DNA of 32,000 bases from Synechococcus sp. A15-28 (GTDB taxonomy: Bacteria > Cyanobacteriota > Cyanobacteriia > PCC-6307 > Cyanobiaceae), in the NCBI RefSeq assembly GCF_014280175.1, contig NZ_CP047931.1:2100001-2132000 (forward strand), given 5' to 3'. The position numbers and the translations under genes are program-made. A model generated the notes under the pieces. It saw only the letters and a list, made by a program, of their open reading frames with translations. It was not told where the DNA came from and ran no database searches. Shown one piece after another: positions 27,475 to 32,000 of the stretch (within the stretch, counting starts at the first letter, position 1; each line of letters begins with the position of its first letter).

Positions 27475-27593
27475 AGCACCACCGAGGTGTTGAAGCTCAC
27501 GCCGCCGGGTCCCATCACGTTCACAGCACCATTCAACTTGTCCGCCACGTCGGGGAATCCAGCGGCCATGGACAGGAGAACGGTCTCCAACAT
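27471..27593 (-). CDS. Candidate unannotated small ORF (40 aa) translationally coupled to rbgA
   Basis: It runs from the ATG at 27593 to a TGA at 27473-27471 and encodes [40 protein letters not shown]. Its stop overlaps the rbgA GTG (GTGA). G/C occupies 33 of 40 third positions. I recognise no homology. Confidence 0.35.
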   Translation of the reverse strand: MLETVLLSMAAGFPDVADKLNGAVNVMGPGGVSFNTSVVL

Positions 27594-27659
27594 GGGTGCT
27601 CGGTGATGCGAAAACACGGGTTAATCTCCTCCCGATTTCCTACCGCACGACACAACCCC

Positions 27660-28868
27660 ATGGCGAAGCGTTCCCTGGCCAGCCTTAACGCCGGCGACCT
27701 GAGCGGCAAACGCGTTCTCGTGCGGGTTGATTTCAACGTGCCCCTCAACGACGCCGGTGCCATCACCGATGACACCCGCATCCGCGCCGCCCTCCCCACC
27801 ATCAACGACCTGATCGGCAAGGGCGCCAAGGTCATCCTGTCGGCCCACTTCGGCCGCCCCAAGGGCCAGGTGAACGACGCCATGCGCCTGACTCCCGTGG
27901 CTGCTCGCCTCAGTGAGCTGCTGGGCAAGCCCGTGGCCAAGACCGACAGCTGCATTGGCCCCGATGCCGAAGCCAAGGTGGGCGCCATGGCCAACGGCGA
28001 TGTGGTGCTGCTGGAGAACGTGCGCTTCTTCGCTGAGGAAGAGAAGAACGAAGCCGGTTTCGCTGAGAAGCTCGCGGGTTTGGCTGAGGTGTACGTCAAC
28101 GATGCCTTCGGCGCCGCCCACCGCGCCCACGCCTCCACCGAGGGTGTGACCAAGTTCCTCAAGCCCGCCGTCGCCGGCTTCCTGATGGAGAAGGAGCTTC
28201 AGTACCTGCAGGGTGCTGTGGATGAGCCCAAGCGTCCCCTGGCCTCCATCGTCGGCGGTTCCAAGGTGAGCTCCAAGATCGGCGTGCTCGAAGCCCTGAT
28301 CGACAAGTGCGACAAGGTGCTGATCGGCGGCGGCATGATCTTCACCTTCTACAAGGCCCGCGGCCTCTCGGTGGGCAAGAGCCTGGTGGAAGAGGACAAG
28401 CTGGAGCTGGCCAAGGAGCTGGAAGCCAAGGCCAAGGCCAAGGGCGTTGAGCTGCTGCTGCCCACCGACGTGGTGCTGGCGGACAACTTCGCCCCCGATG
28501 CCAACAGCCAGGTGGCTGATGTCACCGCCATCCCCGACGGCTGGATGGGTCTGGACATCGGTCCCGATGCGGTGAAGGTGTTCCAGGCCGCCCTGGCCGA
28601 CTGTCAGACCGTGATCTGGAACGGTCCCATGGGTGTGTTCGAATTCGAGAAGTTCGCCACCGGCACCAACGCCATCGCCACCACCCTGGCGGAGCTAAGC
28701 GGCAAGGGCTGCTGCACGATCATCGGCGGCGGCGACTCCGTGGCTGCTGTGGAGAAGGCCGGTCTGGCCGAGAAGATGTCCCACATCTCCACAGGCGGCG
28801 GCGCCAGCCTCGAACTGCTGGAAGGCAAGGTGCTGCCCGGTGTGGCCGCCCTCAACGACGCCGCCTGA
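27660..28868 (+). CDS. pgk: Phosphoglycerate kinase
   Basis: [40 protein letters not shown] and GGGDSVAAV are present. I chose the ATG at 27660 (MAKRSLASL). Confidence 0.93.
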   Translation: MAKRSLASLNAGDLSGKRVLVRVDFNVPLNDAGAITDDTRIRAALPTINDLIGKGAKVILSAHFGRPKGQVNDAMRLTPVAARLSELLGKPVAKTDSCIGPDAEAKVGAMANGDVVLLENVRFFAEEEKNEAGFAEKLAGLAEVYVNDAFGAAHRAHASTEGVTKFLKPAVAGFLMEKELQYLQGAVDEPKRPLASIVGGSKVSSKIGVLEALIDKCDKVLIGGGMIFTFYKARGLSVGKSLVEEDKLELAKELEAKAKAKGVELLLPTDVVLADNFAPDANSQVADVTAIPDGWMGLDIGPDAVKVFQAALADCQTVIWNGPMGVFEFEKFATGTNAIATTLAELSGKGCCTIIGGGDSVAAVEKAGLAEKMSHISTGGGASLELLEGKVLPGVAALNDAA

Positions 28869-28906
28869 TCAACAGGCCAACGTCTTCTTTAACTTGATTC
28901 ATTAAC

Positions 28907-28947
28907 GCCCGGCGGTCCTGTTTTAGGGACTTCCGGGCTTGTTTTTT
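28907..28947 (+). terminator. Rho-independent terminator downstream of pgk
   Basis: The outer stem is gcccgg/ccgggc (28907-12 with 28933-38). The inner stem is ggtcc with gggact (including one G-U pair). The hairpin is followed by ttgtttttt (28939-28947). Confidence 0.75.
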
Positions 28948-29157
28948 GCGTTGACGGCAGTCCTTCAAATCGCTTATGGACTGTGCAGCATCCATACAGA
29001 GCTGCGTGCTCTGCAACAGCTTGAGGCGCTGGTTGATTGTCTGCCGGGACCAGTTTTGAATGACGCCTGGGCTGACCGCTTCATGGGCTCAGGGTTCGGC
29101 ATGCCTTCACTCTGATGGGAGCGTTCAAGCAAGATCTGCATGCTTCGGGCCCAAGCC

Positions 29158-30039
29158 ATGACCAGATGTGACCTGAACCTTGGCTTCATCGGCCTAGGTG
29201 CCATCGGCCTGCCGATGGCTACCAATCTCTGCCAAGCCGGCGTCCCGCTCGCCGTGCACAGCCGGAGCCGGCACGCGGAAACAGCACCCGGCCTCCAGGG
29301 AGCACGCCCATGCGCCAGTCCGGCCGAAGCCGCCGAAGCCGCCGACGTGTTGTTGATCTGCGTCAGCGATGACGCCGCCGTGGAGACCGTGCTGTTCGGA
29401 GCTGATGGAGCAGCCTCGGCCCTCCGCCCCGGATCGGTGGTGGTGGATTGCTCAACGATCGCGCCAGCGACAGCCATTGCTTGCGCTGAGCGCCTGGCCC
29501 GGAAGGGCATCAGCTATCTCGATGCACCGGTGACCGGTGGCACCGAGGGAGCCAAGGCAGGAACGCTGACGCTGTTGGTGGGCGGGGAACCGGAGGCCCT
29601 GGAACGGACGCGCCCGATCCTCGAGGTCATCGGCGGCACGATCCACCATTTCGGGCCTGTGGGTCGCGGCCAGCAGGTGAAGGCGGTGAACCAGGTGCTG
29701 GTGGCCGGCAGCTATGCCGCAGTAGCCGAAGCGATGGCCCTGGGAGAACGGCTCGACCTGCCGATGGATCAAGTGGTGGAGGCGTTAAAGCACGGGGCCG
29801 CTGGCTCCTGGGCCCTCGAACACCGAGCCCCGGGCATGCTGGCAGGGCGGTACCCCCTGGGCTTCAAGCTTGCTCTGCACCACAAGGATCTTGGGATCGC
29901 GCTGGATGCAGCAAAAAACATGCAGTTGGAACTGCCCATCAGCCACCTAGTGCAACAGCTGGAAGAGGGCCTGATGCAACAAGGGCATGGCGATGAGGAC
30001 GTCTCTGCCCTGCATCGCCAATTCAGAGCGAAATCGTGA
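29158..30039 (+). CDS. NAD(P)-dependent beta-hydroxyacid dehydrogenase (3-hydroxyisobutyrate / 2-hydroxy-3-oxopropionate reductase family)
   Basis: The Rossmann N-terminus LGFIGLGAIGLPMATNL is present, with SPAEAAEAADVLLICV, DAPVTGG and KAVNQ. I chose the ATG at 29158. Confidence 0.82.
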   Translation: MTRCDLNLGFIGLGAIGLPMATNLCQAGVPLAVHSRSRHAETAPGLQGARPCASPAEAAEAADVLLICVSDDAAVETVLFGADGAASALRPGSVVVDCSTIAPATAIACAERLARKGISYLDAPVTGGTEGAKAGTLTLLVGGEPEALERTRPILEVIGGTIHHFGPVGRGQQVKAVNQVLVAGSYAAVAEAMALGERLDLPMDQVVEALKHGAAGSWALEHRAPGMLAGRYPLGFKLALHHKDLGIALDAAKNMQLELPISHLVQQLEEGLMQQGHGDEDVSALHRQFRAKS

Positions 30040-30060
30040 GGTTATAGATGATATATTGGA

Positions 30061-30816
30061 TCAATACCGTGCCAACTCGGCGGTTGTGCTCACCACCCGA
30101 ACCTGCTGAGTCGCGGTGACCACGCCATCGGGGTGCACCAGCATCAGGGCCCATGCCTGAATCCCCGGGCGTTGCGGTGCCTGCACCTGCTTGAACAAGC
30201 CTCCGCCGCCGAGGGGAGCCAGCTGGATGGTGGGACGTTGCTGGTCGAGGCGCTGATCCGGCGTGAGTTCGATCAACCCTCCTGCCGCTACCGCCTGACC
30301 CAAAGGCTCATCAAAGATGACATCGATGTCGTAGCGGCTGCCGGTGAGCACCGCGTCTGGGACCTGCACGGTGATAGGCAACGAAGCCGTGCCGCTGCGC
30401 AACAGCGAGTGCTCATCGATCACCTCCTCCTCCAGCAACACACCGGCCTCGATCCGTCCGGCGAGGACCTGCGACGCCTCAAGCCGATAGTTCAGGCCAT
30501 CAGCCTGCCTAGTACCACGCACGTTGACCCTCAGGCGGGAGCGGCCATCGGCCAGGGGATCCATCGCCTCGACACTCCAGCTGGCCTCCGGGAACGCAGC
30601 GGATAAATCGTCATAACGACGCCGAATCGTGCTCTGGAGATCAGGCCCCGTGAGATGGAGCAGTCCTTCGGCATCGCGACTGTTGAGGGCCATCTCCAGG
30701 CGACTCCCATACCCTGCCGCCGGGGATGGGGCCGCGACACTCGACGCCACCACCGGCAACGGCAGCGCCAACGCACACACCAGGCTCAGAAGGGCTGCTC
30801 GCACTGAAGACCGCAC
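30061..30816 (-). CDS. Secreted hypothetical protein
   Basis: The GTG start gives MRSSVRAALLSLVCALALPLPVVASS, a signal peptide. The third-position G/C bias is typical of the core genome. I recognise no motif. Confidence 0.6.
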   Translation of the reverse strand: MRSSVRAALLSLVCALALPLPVVASSVAAPSPAAGYGSRLEMALNSRDAEGLLHLTGPDLQSTIRRRYDDLSAAFPEASWSVEAMDPLADGRSRLRVNVRGTRQADGLNYRLEASQVLAGRIEAGVLLEEEVIDEHSLLRSGTASLPITVQVPDAVLTGSRYDIDVIFDEPLGQAVAAGGLIELTPDQRLDQQRPTIQLAPLGGGGLFKQVQAPQRPGIQAWALMLVHPDGVVTATQQVRVVSTTAELARY

Positions 30817-30874
30817 CAGACCAACCCCGTCAATCGACCTAAGTTAGGCGCCACCAACGGGGACGTCCGCCGCC

Positions 30875-31951
30875 ATGACCCGGCTTCTGATCGCCGCCAG
30901 CGGCACCGGCGGCCACCTGTTCCCGGCCCTGGCGGTGGCGGACTGTCTCGATGAGGGCTGGCAGGTGCGCTGGCTCGGTGTGCCGGACCGCCTCGAAACA
31001 CAGCTGGTGCCGGAACGTTTCCGGCTGATCACCGTTCAAGCCGGGGGCCTGCAGGGCAGCGGCTTGCGCAAGCTCTGGCAGCTACTGAGGCTGGTGGCGG
31101 CTGGCTTTCGGGTGCGGCGCCTGTTGAAACGTGAACGCACCCAGGTGGTGTTCACCACCGGCGGCTACATCGCAGCGCCGGCGATCCTCGCGGCTCGACT
31201 CTGCGGCATCCCCGCCGTTCTGCATGAAGCCAACGCCGTCCCCGGCCGCGTCACGCGACTGCTCGCCCGCTTCTGCACTGCCGTGGCCATCGGTCTGCCG
31301 GCGGCCTCAGAACGCATCCCCGGCTGCAGACCATTGCTCACAGGGATGCCGGTCCGCAGCAGCTTCCTCAACCCCCAACCGTTGCCGGACTGGGTGCCCA
31401 CTGGGGAGGGGCCGCTGCTGGTGGTGATCGGCGGCAGCCAGGGAGCGGTTGGCCTCAACCGCATGGTGCGAGCGGTCCTGCCGGAGCTGCTGGAGCAGGG
31501 CTGCCGGGTGGTGCACCTCACCGGCCGCAACGACCCCGAGGTGGGCCAGATGCAGCATCCGCTGCTGGCGGAGCGTTCCTTCAGCGATGAGATTCCAGGC
31601 CTGCTGCAACATGCCGACCTCGCCGTCAGCCGAGCTGGCGCCGGCAGCCTCAGCGAACTGGCGGTGTGCGGGACTCCCACCATCCTGGTGCCCTTCCCCC
31701 AGGCTGCGGATCAACACCAGGAGGCCAATGCCGCCTGCGCCGCTGAAGTTGGCGGGGCGGTGATCGTCCATCAGCACGCACCGGAGGAGCCGGTGCTGAT
31801 GCAAACGATTGAACGGCTGCTCGGGGCACGGCTCGGCCGCCCCCAGGCGGATCCCACCTTGCTTCCGACCATGCGCCGGGGCATGCAACACCTTGCGGTG
31901 CAGGACGCCGATCAACGGCTGATGGATCTGCTGCAAAGCCTTGTGGCCTGA
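30875..31951 (+). CDS. murG: UDP-N-acetylglucosamine--N-acetylmuramyl-(pentapeptide) pyrophosphoryl-undecaprenol GlcNAc transferase
   Basis: [36 protein letters not shown] and [11 protein letters not shown] are present. Confidence 0.9.
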   Translation: MTRLLIAASGTGGHLFPALAVADCLDEGWQVRWLGVPDRLETQLVPERFRLITVQAGGLQGSGLRKLWQLLRLVAAGFRVRRLLKRERTQVVFTTGGYIAAPAILAARLCGIPAVLHEANAVPGRVTRLLARFCTAVAIGLPAASERIPGCRPLLTGMPVRSSFLNPQPLPDWVPTGEGPLLVVIGGSQGAVGLNRMVRAVLPELLEQGCRVVHLTGRNDPEVGQMQHPLLAERSFSDEIPGLLQHADLAVSRAGAGSLSELAVCGTPTILVPFPQAADQHQEANAACAAEVGGAVIVHQHAPEEPVLMQTIERLLGARLGRPQADPTLLPTMRRGMQHLAVQDADQRLMDLLQSLVA

Positions 31952-31953
31952 AC

Positions 31954-32000
31954 TCAGTGCTGGGGAGCACGCTGCAGCTCCCGCCGCAGGGCGCGAACGA
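31954..32000 (-). CDS. Possible 3' end of a convergent CDS running off the window
   Basis: The minus-strand frame reads ...VRALRRELQRAPQH then TGA (31956-31954), with G/C-rich third positions. Only 15 codons are visible. Confidence 0.25.
   Translation of the reverse strand, partial: VRALRRELQRAPQH

Noticed and set aside
27471-27593. The idea that the 40-aa ORF is a double-glycine (bacteriocin/prochlorosin-type) precursor, because of ...MGPGG|VSFNTSVVL.
   Set aside because: Apart from the GG and one Leu at -12, the leader consensus is absent. The 9-aa core has no Cys. No modification enzyme or C39 peptidase-ABC exporter is nearby.
27533-28162. A 209-aa - strand ORF, with the 169-aa ORF at 27621-28130.
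   Set aside because: Both are antisense to pgk.
28976-29161. Two consecutive tiny ORFs between the pgk terminator and the dehydrogenase: a 27-aa Cys-rich ORF (MDCAASIQSCVLCNSLRRWLIVCRDQF, 28976-29059) and a 33-aa ORF (29060-29161) ending in an ATGA overlap with the dehydrogenase start.
   Set aside because: They are too short to separate from chance and I recognise no motif or conservation. A TTGACG box at 28951-28956 suggests this is simply the promoter/5' UTR region.
29323-29340. A 9-bp tandem gccgaagcc x2 in the dehydrogenase (AEAAEA), and the gccaag repeats in pgk (AKAKAKG, about 28428-28445).
   Set aside because: Both are in frame and lie in normal Ala-rich coding segments of conserved proteins. 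They have no structural consequence comparable to the 15-bp duplication at 9942-9971.
28974-29510. A 178-aa - strand ORF.
   Set aside because: It is mostly antisense to the dehydrogenase, whose Rossmann N-terminus is clear. Its composition is Ala/Ser/Arg-rich.
1-32000. A scan for CRISPR arrays, rRNA/tRNA genes, IS elements, integrases, toxin-antitoxin pairs or restriction/defence genes.
   Set aside because: I recognised no spaced direct repeats, no tRNA-like cloverleaf segments in the few intergenic gaps, and no ORF with transposase, integrase or nuclease motifs.

Overview
This is a GC-rich chromosome segment whose gene content and local synteny resemble marine Synechococcus/Cyanobium-type picocyanobacteria; the organism cannot be verified from the sequence alone. 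From 5040 to the right edge there are about 30 tightly packed, mostly housekeeping genes. They include gshB-grxC, prfB with its programmed +1 frameshift, a DUF3285-like gene with ybeY-dgkA-trpG, and a nadC-argS-hisC-ansA minus-strand operon. They also include an NCS2-type permease, mnmE, DUF2062, spoT, a fused double-NBD ABC ATPase, rbgA-rluD, pgk, a beta-hydroxyacid dehydrogenase and murG. Many of these genes are joined by 1-4 nt start/stop overlaps. Two regions stand out. (i) 1-5039 is compositionally foreign and mosaic: two very AT-rich tandem outer-membrane beta-barrel candidates are bracketed by an aldo/keto reductase and a convergent GMC flavin oxidoreductase, with an abrupt switch to core composition next to gshB and no mobility genes in view. 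(ii) 22227-25403 is a tightly coupled three-gene signalling cassette: a secreted FecR-domain protein, a CHASE2-sensor class III (Lys/Thr, IIIb-type) nucleotide cyclase, and a LuxR-HTH regulator whose receiver domain lacks every phospho-acceptor residue. Smaller oddities are also reported. These are a 15-bp tandem duplication that rewrites the overlapping ends of two convergent genes, and an asparaginase with HGTNT instead of HGTDT. They also include an mnmE whose conserved N-terminus has no canonical start codon, and an unlisted 40-codon ORF translationally coupled to rbgA. I recognised no rRNA, tRNA, CRISPR array, transposase or integrase. Many long ORFs in the track are antisense shadows typical of high-GC DNA and were rejected.
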